Origin: Diadema antillarum
Lineage: Eukaryota
Direction: 5' to 3'
Length of the DNA stretch: 64,000 nt
Assembly: GCF_040938485.1 (NCBI RefSeq)
Contig: NW_027270987.1
Span: 2,232,001-2,296,000, forward strand
Shown here: positions 37,835 through 50,140 of the stretch, piece by piece
Layout of the letters: each line of letters opens with the position of its first letter
How positions within the stretch are numbered: the stretch's first letter is position 1
The notes under the pieces: generated by a model
Seen by the model: only the letters and a program-made list of their open reading frames with translations
Databases searched by the model: none
Told to the model about the DNA's origin: nothing
Translations under genes and position numbers: made by a program

Positions 37835-38082
37835 CTTGTGCATACTGACTGCATGCCACAACATCCTGCGGGCTGAACACCTTTTTTACCGTGTTGTTGG
37901 TGGCGACCTGGAGTCGTGACGCCAGCATGCCCATGGAAGCGAAGGAGAAGCAGCTCCCGCACTGTTCCTGGTTCCGCACTGGCGTTACGAAGTTCTGACC
38001 GTTCACGTTGCGCCAGTCAAATTCAGCTGGCAGGGCGGAGGCCGCAAGCGCCACGTCAGGAGTTACCGGAATCGCTTGTGGT
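37835..38082 (-). CDS. CTSC: Cathepsin C exon 5B (distal catalytic cassette; catalytic Cys)
   Basis: 248 nt; acceptor aatgcccag| at 38085-38083, donor G|gtaata at 37834. RPQAIP..FDWRNVNGQNFVTPVRNQEQCGSCFSFASM..CSQYAQG. Confidence 0.9.
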
Positions 38083-38521
38083 CTGGGCATTGGGTAATCA
38101 AAAAATGAAACAAGAAATTCTGAGAAGTCACAGACACCTTCTTGTTTAACTGTGTTTTTGTGGGTTTGTTTGTTTTTTAGCAACAAGCTATTATGAACAT
38201 TGATTGGATGATCTTCATTTATGTTTTATATTTCTATCTCACATACAAATGCATGCAGGTGCATCATTCACCCACACATTCTTTCACTCTGCAGTTCGTT
38301 GTTCCTGCACACAACTGTGAGTAGTATTTGATTAAGTGTAGTTGAATAAGCTCCTCTTTTTGTACATCAACCAAGATAGCATTCAAACGGTAAAAAGAGA
38401 CCATAATTTCGTCTCACTTTTTGTCCTCACTGAAATGATTGTGTGAATTCAAATTGTGATCTACACTGTAAACTGTGACCGTGATTTAAATAGAAGCTGT
38501 TGACCCAACATAAAAGTCTTA

Positions 38522-38689
38522 CGGAGTGTTGCAAGAAAGTTGCAATAAATTGCAACTCCTGAAAATCAATCGCAAGTCTTTTAATTGATCAATTGCAAAT
38601 TGTAATCAATTGTAAGACTTGCGACTGAATTTTTGCAATCAACTGCGAGACTTGCAATTGATTGCAACTAGACTTTCTTGCAACGCCCC
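38522..38689. mobile_element. MITE, PIF/Harbinger-like
   Basis: TIRs ggagtgttgcaagaaagt / actttcttgcaacgcccc, with internal palindromic gcaatt repeats. Confidence 0.6.
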
Positions 38690-38717
38690 ATTATTCTTTC
38701 TCTCGTTCTCTCCCAAC

Positions 38718-38728
38718 TCACACATACA

Positions 38729-38792
<64 letters not shown>

Positions 38793-38802
38793 CAGACACA
38801 CA
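38718..38802. repeat. (CA)n microsatellite
   Basis: Direct read. Confidence 0.95.
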
Positions 38803-39339
38803 AATAATGGGCTTAGAATTTATGCAAACTGTAATTTATACACACAATGTTTACTGCAATGACCATGCCTTTCTTTGCATGTCATTGAGAACACTTCTTC
38901 AAATGATTCTACCCTTCCCTTCAAATCACAGGAATCAATCAAACCAGGCAGTACAAATTCTTTGGGTCTTATTTTCTCTGCTGATTTTGGTTTATTACAA
39001 TTGAATAGACAAAACAAAGAAAACATCCATAGCTATCTGTTTATATTGCAACATAGACTTTGCACTCTGAGAGTTTGGCTGTCTTTTTGTCCAATATATT
39101 TTGGCAAATATATGATGTACATGAAAAGTATAACATACAATAATTTTGCACATAGGTATTCTCAAGGAATCATCTTTGTCACAACTGAAAAAAAAGATAA
39201 AAAAAGATAAAAATTAATTCATCTGAGTAAGTTTTATCATTCTATAGTGTATAAATTATACAGTATATTTTAACATTTTCTTGAAATCATTGTCCTTTCT
39301 ATCCACTCTCTTCTCACATTTTAGACTGCTCCTTTTGTT

Positions 39340-39610
39340 TTCCATTTCAATTGCACCATTTCTTTGGAACAGACTCCCCTATCTAATTGTAAACACTCAA
39401 GGTTTTTTATCTAATGTTAAAACTCACTTGTTTAATCAATCATACTGTTTTTCTTTGGTATATTAGATACCCAACTGTATGTATCACAATGTTTATAATC
39501 ATATTCTATATCTCAATTCAACTTTTCAGTTCTGCATCAATGTGCTATGTAAAATCCGTATGAAGTGCTATATAAATGTTAATTACTATCATTAGTATTA
39601 TCATCAATAT
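39340..39610 (+). mobile_element. L2/CR1-clade LINE 3' remnant
   Basis: Translates SIAPFLWNRLP..FLSNVKTHLF, like the ORF2 C-terminal 'AP.LWN.LP..FK..LKTHLF' motif; followed by a gtgctatataaat..(tat)-type tail. Confidence 0.6.
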
Positions 39611-41634
39611 AATCCTTTTCATTGTTGCTATCATTATTGGTATCATCAGCATTATCAATGGGTGGAAACCTTTCTAAACATCAAAAGTTCATTGATGAAT
39701 TCAAAATCCAACTCTTTTTTTTAATACAATGCTAATTGGCTCGAGGCTGAAAGTAGATTCTTCTGTAGCAAGAAAATCAAATAACGAACTCCTTGCAGAA
39801 TTGGATGTGATGCAAAACCACAAACAAAAGGAGTTGCAACAAAAAGACTAGATATGTCACTATGGCGACTGGTATGCCTATGTCATCTTACATTATTAGA
39901 ACTCAGAATAGGTCTGTAGGACATCTTGACAATGGACACAACACTTTCCCACAATTAGAAAAAAAAAATTGCAATGACATGTTGGAAAGTTTGATGGCAC
40001 AAACCCAAATGTCTTTACTGTCAATAAATTTCATGAACCAGATTTCATCTGGATGACTGAAATGTTTCAAAGAGCAAATATTCAGGAATTTAAGCCTTTT
40101 CACTGGACCTTTGACTCTTTAACTTTGACACCACAGCCAACAGCTTTCTTCAAATAATCACAACGGGTAATAACCAGCAACATCCAATTTTCACAATACT
40201 TTGAGCTATTTTCAAAATAAGTGGGAAAATAATGACATGTTAACATTTTCACTTGGCCTTTAACCCCATGGCAAAAAACTTTTAATCTTTGTAAATCCTC
40301 TAAAGAATAAATCCTTATATGTCCAACTTACAGTAATATTTCAAATACCTAGCAGTACTTGAAGAAAATATTATTTTCATGATAAGATGGTTGTTCTAAA
40401 CCTCATATCAAAATATATCTTCAGCACACTTTGATTATACTGGCATCGTGAAAATTAACAAGGTGTACACAATCTTTTTTATAACATTCCCTGAAATACA
40501 TTACATCATACTAAATCCTTGCATAAGCTAATTTCTAGACAAACCTGATTTTGTTAGAAAAATATAATGTTTATTAACATATGATTTTTTGAAGCCTCTG
40601 AAATACATCTGTAAAATAAAGAAACAGCTGATGTATGATTTGGACGTGTGTCACACTTGTAAAATTCTGCTGGTCAAGAAATTGCTAACATTTTCCGTCA
40701 TCTTATCAGTCCATAAAAGATTTGTCTTTTTGTTATACCTGAGCATCAGGTATGAAATCAAAAGGGCATTGTGTGCAATACATCCATATTGATAGTAAAA
40801 ATGATTTCAAAAATTGAATTCAATTCAATTCAATTTTTATTTCACGAACATATAGATATCACTTTTTGGGGGGTTACAGAAAATAAGGTGCATAAAACTT
40901 TAAAGTGTGTTAAAAAAAAATTGTTGACATATTAATCATCTCCTGTAAGGACGGAAGTGATCTTTTATCTTATCAGGAAGCTTTCAGCACAATTAGGAAG
41001 ACTTGATAGCTTTGTAAAGAGGGGAAGGCTTGCAATCAATGCTTCCAATACTGCATTAGGCCAAGTAAAAAGAGAAATTAGTTTCTTGTTCTCACATGCT
41101 TCCTATTTTTGTGCCGCTTCAAATTTTTCACTGTTTACAATTTTTCAAATGCACAACCCCGCTCACATCTTTTTAGAGATGCCACTTCCACTTTATAGTA
41201 TTTACTACTTTTGGGCAGCCGAAAAAAAGAAAGCATCGGAAATTCATCTAGGCTCTACCTATCACGATTTAATGAATGCATTGTGTTAGAATCTCTAATT
41301 TTGTGTATAAACTGTTGATCATATCACGGCCGCCAGCAAAGAATCCTACACAGCAGCCTCTATATAGTACTGTGGACTTGGACAGCATACTGTTGAGAAC
41401 ATTAACTGAACGTTCTTTGTGAATGGACAAGTTTCAACACACACTCATACTCGTGTGTATGCATATGCATAAGACCTCCCGCATCACCTCTTTCCGAAAA
41501 TCCGGTCAAGAAACTACATTCTTTTTTTCACTTTGCCTTATCATTCTGAATTTTCATTCTTTTTTTTCTTTTTTTTTAATAGGAAAGATTGGATACATTA
41601 TAAATTTTCAATTGTGAACCCATTTTTTGGAATC

Positions 41635-42146
41635 TCATTGGATGATGGGGAAAGACTCGGCAGCAATGCTCTCGATGCTGCATTCATCGGTGCCTCGGCG
41701 GATGCGGAAATACCCCTCCTCTCCCCACTGTTCCCCCCAGCTGTTCTTCACGCTCCAAAACTTCTCCCCTGTCTTCGCGTCTGCCCCAAACCCAACTACC
41801 AGCACCACGTGGTTGGTGATCTCGAAGGGGTTGAACTTGAGCTGAGCATTGCCGATGCCGGTGTGGACGTAGATGCCCCCTTTGTAACTGAGGAAGTCAT
41901 CGTAAACCATGAAACTGACAGCGATGGGTCCATTCTTGACCAGCTGAATTCGCATCAGTTCCTCGTTGCATCCTCCGTAGAATCCTCCAACGTAGTTGTA
42001 GCCCGTGGCGTAGTATCGCCTGCAGTCCGACTTCTCCTTGGAGCAAGACCGTTCCACTCCTTGGTAGGGGAAGCAGGATTCTTCCACCACCCCAAAGTCC
42101 TCTGCATATTTCCCTGCCACCAGATAGGGGAAACCCCCTTCACAGC
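41635..42146 (-). CDS. CTSC: Cathepsin C exon 6A (proximal catalytic cassette; catalytic His and Asn)
   Basis: 512 nt; strong poly-T acceptor ..catgtatag| at 42149-42147. [35 protein letters not shown]. Confidence 0.93.
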
Positions 42147-43749
42147 CTATACATGTTCACAAAAAAAAAAAAAAAAGATATCATAATTAATGAAGCTTCC
42201 TGGATTCTTGTTAGGAATTGTACTAGAATTTGTGGCGGATTTTTTTTTTCTTGAAACAAAAGAAAAAAATGAAAGGAAAATGAAAGGGGGCACTTGTGCT
42301 ATAGTGGTACCAGAAAAATTGCACTGAAACCTTATTTTCTTTACTTGTATTTTTTTTTTATTGCTTGTCAGGTGATTAACCCAGAAGTGGCACCAGAAGT
42401 ATTTTTTTTTTGCACCCCGCCCCCTTTACGGAATTCCTGGATCCGCCCCTGAGAATTTCCCAATGCAAAATGAAAAGGAAGTACAACATCACCTTACAAG
42501 TACTGTAGTCCCATTGTGAACCATATTAAACATAACTTTATTTGATGCACATTGTGCAAAGTCTTTTTCAGAGAGGTAGGTTAAGTAAATTTGCTTGCAA
42601 TGTACTCCAGTACCTAAAGTAATTGAATAAAATCATGGAAACTTCACAGAAGATTGAATAACACAGAAAGCACATGTTTATAATAGATTAATCTATTTCC
42701 TGATTTCTTTATTTGCAATTAAATGATTCATGAATAGAATGTAAAACTATCAGCCATAACATATCTTTGTTGTTTCTTTGTATTATACCTCCCAATTCAC
42801 ATTGTAGTATCTATCATGTGATATCTTCACGCCCATGAGCATGAATAGGACGCCATATCCAATCACACTTCCTGACAACTTGAATAGGTTTCAGAAAATC
42901 ATCCTTTCATTCCTCTAGTTGCAGTTTCTGCTTAAAATGAAACCTTATTCATGTTTCAGTTTCTGTATTAGATGAACCCCTGTCCATGATTTCCTACATG
43001 TGAGTGACCTCCAGCAAATGTTGGTCTATATTTGAGTTCGCTATAAGAGGATTTAGCGCAGCACCATACAAGGTTATATTCATCTTTCAGCAACATTCAT
43101 TGTCCAATAAAGATATCAGTTTATATTCAATGGCATAGTTACATGTACTTGGACTCATGCAGTCAATACATCTAAGAATGTCTCACATTGCCAACTACTT
43201 GGATGGCAAATTAATCAAATCCACACTTTCGGTGATTTTACGTGACAAGTTCAAGAGCTGTATTTGCAGTTGTGTAACAAACACAGAAGATTACATTGAA
43301 TTCATTTCTGTTCCATCTCTAATCTAGTCCCTGTGGCCATTCTCACGATTTCTGATTGATCGATTTATTGGTTTGTTGATAAAAACATATACAGTAAAAC
43401 ATAGCAGCGAACAGGATGAATTGCTGTTTACATTTTGTATGCTTTACAATGATTCAAAAAAACATTGAATTACACACTGAAAACTCGAGGTATAGATATA
43501 AAACAATTGATAAATATGGACTTATCAGTATGTTTTGTATGTACAAACTAAAAATTTCATTGGTATGTCAAATTATCAAGATATACATAAAAAAGCAACA
43601 TGAATCTGGTTTCTAACTTACTTTTGATGTATAACAACAGCAAAAAACATTCATTTTCTACTGACTTCCAAGATATTATAGGGTTTATGAGTTTGACGTA
43701 CATGAGTTTTACAACAAAGGAAGCAGCAAGTATTGTATGCGTGCCATAC

Positions 43750-43997
43750 CTTGAGAATATTCGCTGCACGACACCACATCTTGAGTAGAGAGGACTAGCT
43801 TCATGCTGTTGTTGGTTGCTACGCGGAGGCGCGACTCCAGCATCGCCATGGAGCCGAATGCATAGCAACTGCCACAAGACCCCTGGTTACGGACGGGTGA
43901 CACAAAATTCTGCCCACCGACGTCACGCCAGTCAAATGACTCCGGAAGTAAGGAGGCCTTCTGTGCAACCTCAGGTGTAACGAGGGCTGGTTTGGGT
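43750..43997 (-). CDS. CTSC: Cathepsin C exon 5A (proximal catalytic cassette; catalytic Cys)
   Basis: 248 nt; acceptor gtgacag| at 44000-43998, donor G|gtatgg at 43749. [43 protein letters not shown]. Confidence 0.93.
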
Positions 43998-44712
43998 CTG
44001 TCACACATACACGAAGTGCCCTTCAATTGCTTTGAATTCTTATGTGTGTCTGTGTGTCTGTGTGTGTCTGTGTGTGTTTATGTCTGTAAGACCTCTTCTA
44101 AAGCTCTCCTGTACCAAAGAAGCCCCTGCATTGTCATTTCTCAGTTTTTATTCCTTTTCTGAATAAGTTGTATTTATAAGGCACATCACTGAAAACAATT
44201 TGTAAGTACAGTGTAGCATAAATTTTAAGTCTATAACTATGATAAATCTCTGTTTTGATTCTTTATGAATTATTGGAATAACAAGGTGTATAACAGATGA
44301 GGTTGTATTTTGAAGAAGTTAAAGAATTACTCCCAAAAGCTCTATCAATGTATGGTACTGATTCCACGAAAAAAAAATCAATATGAAGCTTTGCTACAGC
44401 AAATCATTCATCTTATTTATAGATTGTTTTCATGGTACTAACATCAGCCACAGCTGTCTTTCAGTTAGTCACTGCATCACTGATATGCAGTTACATTCCC
44501 TGCAAAACTAGCCTGCGATAAAGATCAAGTAAAATCTAATCTGAATGGGTGATGTTTATAGTGGCACACAACAAGTACTTGATCGTGTGAGGGATGAAGG
44601 TTTTCTGCTTGATTTTGTGTCTATTATGAAAACTCAGGAAAGACTTGTGTATGTGCAGATCGATGTGAGAGTTTTGAGTTTTGAGGTGACAAAAGACAAA
44701 AGCCCCTCTTCC

Positions 44713-44898
44713 TTAGCCCGTTGAGGATGAGTCCTGAGTATACTGGGTCAGGTGTCTATGGGAAATGCGTGTTGTAGCAAAATCAAACCGTCCTCAATGG
44801 GTTAACCCTATACATGAAGACTAGTCCTTCGTATACTCAGGCAGGTGTCTATGGGAAATGCATGTTATAGGAAAATCAGCTCATCCTCAACGGGTTAA
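44713..44898. mobile_element. Two tandem ~90-bp piggyBac-like MITEs sharing a TTAA
   Basis: ttag|cccgttgaggat..gtcctcaatggg|ttaa|ccc..tcctcaacggg|ttaa; CCC..GGG ends with TTAA. A third copy lies at 56774-56872. Confidence 0.7.
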
Positions 44899-45158
44899 AG
44901 AGCATGGGTGTGACTTGTATCCTCACTGCTTTGTGATAACATACCATATACAAGTATTCCTGCTCTGGTGCAAGTTGCCAACTCCCAAACTGTCCTATAT
45001 CAAATGTGCTTGCCACAGACAGACTTTTTAGACATGGTACAGTGTTGTACTGTAGCATGGGGATTCCATCCAATAGGAAAGCTGACTTTTCTCTAGTTGG
45101 GGATCCCCTACATGTATGTGTATTAAGTGAGAACCAGGTACTGTGGGGAGAGTGTGAA

Positions 45159-45545
45159 GGTGTCATGGTTGAGTGGATAAGAGCGCTCATCTCCAAATGA
45201 CATGAGCACGGTATGGATGGGTTCATGAGTTAGAGTCCAGATGCCAAGCCTGGCATGTTTGCCCATCAGCAAATAAGGCACTTTGTCCACATTGCTGTTC
45301 TCCACCCAGGAGTATAAAAGTTTATGTTGGTTAATCAGCATGTGCGCGCTTATAAAATGGCTGTGACTGTCTGGAATGCTCCCCAGGGAGTGGAGAGTGA
45401 ACACTATGTCAGTGCTGGTTGGAAATAATGTATCCAGTAACCGGGGTAATAATAATCTGTAAAGTGCATTGAGATGCTTAACAAGAGTAAAATGAGCTAT
45501 ATAAAAACTAGCTAGTATCATCATTATTTTTATCATCATAGCTTT
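45159..45545 (+). mobile_element. tRNA-derived SINE with L2-type tail
   Basis: A-box-like tggttgagtggataag head; body ..ggaatgctccccagggagtggaga..ccagtaaccggggtaataat; tail tgtaaagtgcattgag..gctatataaaaac..(atc/att)n. The body recalls Deu-type SINEs (from memory, unverified). Confidence 0.6.
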
Positions 45546-45809
45546 ATCACTGATCTCTATGTAAGTATATGCACACAGCTGAGGAGTCTTACTTTGAGTT
45601 AAACATTACTGATGAGCATACACTTTGATGCTCATATTTATTGACAGGCAATTCTATTTTAGCAGGCATTTGCTAGTTGTTGTTTTCCAATGTACCCCAG
45701 CGGTAGCGAATGAAAATCAATTCAATCAGGCCAACATTCTCTCCCCACACTACAGGGTCTATGAAAGCACTGATTGAAAGTGGGAATGGTAATGACCCCC
45801 CGGTCTTAC

Positions 45810-45977
45810 CTCATGGCACCGACGTGATTGTTCGCTCCTGCTCGCCTCCGCATTTCCTCCACCGTGTATCCCTCGTGTTCTGGATACACAGCGGCACGCC
45901 ATGACTTCTGGACTCTGTTGATCTCGGCCACCATCCTCTCATCGTTGTGGTACATCATCTGGCTGAAGTCCGGGTGT
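45810..45977 (-). CDS. CTSC: Cathepsin C exon 4 (propeptide)
   Basis: 168 nt; acceptor cctcatcag|, donor AG|gtaaga. HPDFSQMMYHNDERMVAEINRVQKSWRAAVYPEHEGYTVEEMRRRAG, like the CTSC 'Y..N..FV.AIN..QKSW.A..Y.EYE..TL..M.RR.GG' segment. Confidence 0.92.
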
Positions 45978-46411
45978 CTGATGAGGGGAAAGAGAAAAGG
46001 ATGAATGCAAATTTTGTCCCTGACATGAAATCACAGACAAATAGACACATTCACACTCAAAATTTGGGGTGAAGATTTTGTTCGTGTTTCCCATATGTCT
46101 CCAAAAACAAGATTATTGCTATCAATTACCAAACGGAAACCACTTTTGAACAGTTTGGGGGCTTTCTGACAATGGTTCTGTTTTGATATCTGTTGGGTAC
46201 CAGTACCATAAATAAAGGTTATCAAACACACAAATAAGCACTCATGAAGATTTCAATACATAAAGAGAGTGCCTTTAAATGGGCAAATGTACATTTTGGC
46301 CCTCATTCCACTTCAGAGTGTGATAAACTTCATGAAGAAACATTCAAGTGTATCAGAAATATACAATTTGGGATTCAGAAGGGTTCAAATAGAACATTTA
46401 TAAAAATCTTG

Positions 46412-47563
46412 AAACTAGAAATGTCGCTATGGCAACAGGTATGCCTCCGCAATAATGCATGTTTCTCCTAATAGGTCTATAGTACATGTGGACAATGTGT
46501 TATTATATTTTCACAAAATTGGCAAAATATTAAAACAACATGTTTGTCGCAATTGTGTTGAATGTTCACCTTCCTTGACCTAGGTTTATGGATGAATGGG
46601 AGAGCATGTATTTGGGGATTTTAGGACTTTTACTTGACTTTGACCCTTTCATAAGTCTATGCATTGAGTAATTTTCAAGGTATGGAGAAAAAGTGCAATT
46701 TCTGTATTGAATACCGGTAGTATATTGTTAGGCTACCATTTTCATCTGGCCTTTGACCCTTGACCTTTGACCCTAAAATTCATAAGAGAATCACTGTCAG
46801 GCAGAACATGCATAAATATGTACTCTAGGTTTCAAGATAACTTGAGCCACTTCCGAGATATGGGGGAAGAGGTAAAGTTCAGCACTTTCACTTGATTTTT
46901 GACCTTTGACCTTTTTGGCAAAAAAAAAAAAAAAAACTTCCCAGAGAATCTCTATTGGGTTATACATGCATATGCCAAGTTTAAAAAAAAAAAATAATCC
47001 TGCATGCATTGCATGAATAATGAGGGAAATAGTTAAATTTTGAAGGGTTGCCCCTGACCTTTGACCCCATGAACCCAAAATTCCCTAGATAATCACTGCC
47101 AGTCAGTACATGCACTATACTATGTTCCATGAAGATACCTTGAACAATTTCCAAGATATGGAAAAAAAAGTAAAATTTTAACATTTTTACTCGACCTTTA
47201 GACCTTTGACCTCATGACCCCAAACTTTCACCAGGGAATCTTAATGGGGTGATACATGTATACATCAAGTTTCAAGAAAATATCTTCAGGCATTGCATAG
47301 ATATGGGGGAAATAGTGAAATTTTGTGCATTTGACCTTGACCTTTTGGCCTTTGACCTTGAGCATGTGCACCCAAAAGTTGATAGGCACAACTTCACCCC
47401 CTAATACACAGACATGCCAAGTTCCATTAGGATACCTCAAAAGGTTTTTTAGTTACGCTGTCCACAGAATTCATTACGGGCGGACAGAAGGACGGACGGA
47501 AGGACAGACGGACAACCCGAAAACATGCCTCCAGCACCACTTCGTGGTGGAGGCATGAAAAAA
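46412..47563 (+). mobile_element. Helentron-associated non-autonomous element (HINE/DINE-1-like)
   Basis: 5' aactag; subterminal atgcctccgc at 46441; internal gacctttgacc repeats; (GGAC)n; 3' hairpin atgcctcc..ggaggcat followed by an A run. Confidence 0.75.
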
Positions 47564-48969
47564 CAAATCTTGAATTTTTAAAATCTGAATTTTCAACTAA
47601 GTAACTGCACATGGTTAAATATGCATTGCAGTATCCTTGCCTTGTACATTGTAAGGGGTGTGGGGATGGGAGCTGGTGATGTGAAAAGGTGTTATAAAAA
47701 GAGGAAACAGTACACATACTACGGAGGTAAGTTTAAATACTCTAAACATTCCACGCATGGTCACTTTCACTTAAATCCCCATCAAAGGCTTTTTCTTCCT
47801 TTTATCACCTTAACTCCTTTTATCACCTCTTGTTCTGTCTTTGTTTCATTTCCTCTTTATCTAATGCACTCATTCATCTCTAGTTTGAATTGATATTACA
47901 CTGTCTCTATTGGTCTTTAAGAATGTTTCAGTTGCACATTAGCATTTAATTTCATTTTATGGTATTAAAATATGTTCTTTCTTTTCATAGCCTTCAAAGG
48001 TATGATCAATATGACTCTCTCTTACAAGGACCATTTACATTTCTTAGAGTTTGACTTTTAGAACTTGGAAAAAAAAAAGCTTGCTTAAACACAAGCTTTA
48101 TTCCGTACACAGTTTATTATCATTGCTCTCATTAAATTCCTTTTGAACGTTAGACCTCACTTCCTTGCACATTTATCATCATCTCAGTTTTCTTTTATTC
48201 ACGTGGGAGGAACTGTTCATGCTAGGACATTATGGTAGAAAGAGAGAGAGAGATTTTTTTTTACAAGATACTGATACTCTCCCACCTCTTTGATCTAAAG
48301 TGGACAGGCATTGTAAAGGAAGTGGTGCTTATTAAAGTGCAAACTAGGTTGAGACCGGGAGAGTAAAAGACATTTATCTCTTCCAAAAACAAACACTGCT
48401 CAGCTTGCTATGGGCCATTAGCCATGTTTTAAGATGGTGTCAATGCTACAGTTATTGATATCATAATCCATCATAATAAATGCAGCATGCTAAGGAATAG
48501 TTTCCTGTAAAAGTGGAAATTTTCGCAGTGGTGAAATTTTTGCGCATTTCGCGCAATCAGAAGCTAGTGCGAAAAGCATCCAAATATTTTTGCTTGCTGC
48601 ATGATCCAGTAGGTGATGTTTTAATTCCGCGGAGTAACACGCAAATCTCTTTTTGCCCAGCCAAGCGCGAAATATTAACAACCTGTCCGCGTCTGTTGAC
48701 TTCCAAAAGAATCTCATTTAGGGGCATGGGAGGCTCTCTGAGAATTGCCGGAGGAACGGGGTAACTGTCTGTCACTTCAAGAAAACAGCAAGTTCATTTT
48801 CCAAAGCATCTGCTAAGAGTTTGGTAGAACGCATGACATAGTCTTCAACATGTATCTTCATGTTCTCTCAGGCAGCCCACATGTAGACTATATCAAGGCT
48901 TTTGGGATGTCTTTGTGGCCTTGCCTTGCATCAATCCAAAGTTTGGCCTCCATGGTGATCAATTCTTAC

Positions 48970-49097
48970 CTTTCCTTCTTGTAGGTGTATGCCTTTGCAT
49001 AACCAGATGAAACTTTCTTGCCAACGTAGCAGGCCCAGTCAGATCCAACAACATTGTGAGCCCACCCAGGCAGAGTTTCAGAACAGTTCATCGTCAC
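48970..49097 (-). CDS. CTSC: Cathepsin C exon 3 (exclusion domain)
   Basis: 128 nt; acceptor tttcag|, donor AG|gtaaga. VTMNCSETLPGWAHNVVGSDWACYVGKK. Confidence 0.92.
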
Positions 49098-49131
49098 CTG
49101 AAACATTATATGAATTTAGAAAATAAAAAAT

Positions 49132-50140
49132 AAACTAGATATATCGCTACGGCTACTGATATGCCTCCGCCATAATGCATGGTTCTCCTAATAGGTCTAT
49201 AGTACAATGTCTTGACAATGTGTGATGACAGTTTCACACAATTGGCAAAATATTAAAATGACAGGTTTGACACAAATGTGCTGAATGTTCACTTTCCCAG
49301 AACTAGGTTCAATTGGATGAATGATTAAAATGTCAGAGTGCAGGTATTTGGGGGACTGATGATTTTTACTTGACTTTTGACCCTTTTATAAGTTTATGCA
49401 TTGAGTAATTTTCAAGGTATTGAGAAAAAGTATGATTTCAGTATCAAATGGGAAAATAGCATTATCTAAACCTGGCCTTTGACCTTTGACCTCACAGTTC
49501 CAAAGAGAATCACTGTTAGGTTGAACATGCATAAATATGTAAGTTTCATGATGATACCTTGAGTTACTTTCGAGATATGGAGGAAAAAGTGCAATTTAGC
49601 ACTTTCACTTGACCTTTGACCTTTTGGCAAGAAACTTCCCCAAAAATATATATTGGGTAATACATGCCATACATCAAGTTTAAAAAAATAAAACCTTCAG
49701 GCATATTGCATTTTAAGGAAAGTAGTGATATTTTGAGGAATTGACCTTGACCTTTGACCCCCTGACCTTTGACCCATGACCCCCAACTTCCCTAGATAAT
49801 CACTGCCCATCGGTACAAGCATATATACTAAGTTCCATGAAGATACCTTGAACCATTTGCGAGATATGGAGAAAAACATGAAATTTCAATTTTTTTTTTC
49901 CACAAAATAACCTGAGACCTTTGACCTTTGACCCTGTGACCCTAAAATCCACACAAAGTATTATCCCCCAAGGATATACCCTCATACCAAGTTTGATGTA
50001 AAACCACTACACGGTTCTTGAGATATCGACAAAAACAAAACGGGACGGACGGACGTACGGACGGACGTACGGATGGACGGACGGACGGACGACCCGAAAA
50101 CATAATGCCTCCGGCCACTTCGTTGCGGAGGCATAAAAAA
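49132..50140 (+). mobile_element. Second HINE/DINE-1-like copy
   Basis: Same 5' end (aactaga..tcgcta..atgcctccgc..ctcctaataggtctatagtac), (GGAC)n and 3' hairpin atgcctccg..cggaggcat as 46412-47563. Confidence 0.75.

Noticed and set aside
35998-38082. Cassette B as a separate CTSC paralogue, processed copy or decayed pseudogene
   Set aside because: No exons 1-4, signal peptide or start context were found upstream in the 3.5-kb spacer. It keeps the intron, so it is not processed, and it has no disabling mutation despite ~30% protein divergence.
38083-41634. Searched for duplicated CTSC exons 1-4 between the cassettes
   Set aside because: No DTPANC, YNQGFE, DWACY or QKSW motifs appear in the ORF track or by eye; only a MITE, (CA)n and LINE remnants. 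Very degraded copies cannot be excluded without TBLASTN.
45159-45240. tRNA-like A/B-box sequence (also 16350-16380)
   Set aside because: No complete cloverleaf is present, and the sequence is attached to SINE bodies and tails, so these are SINE heads and not tRNA genes.
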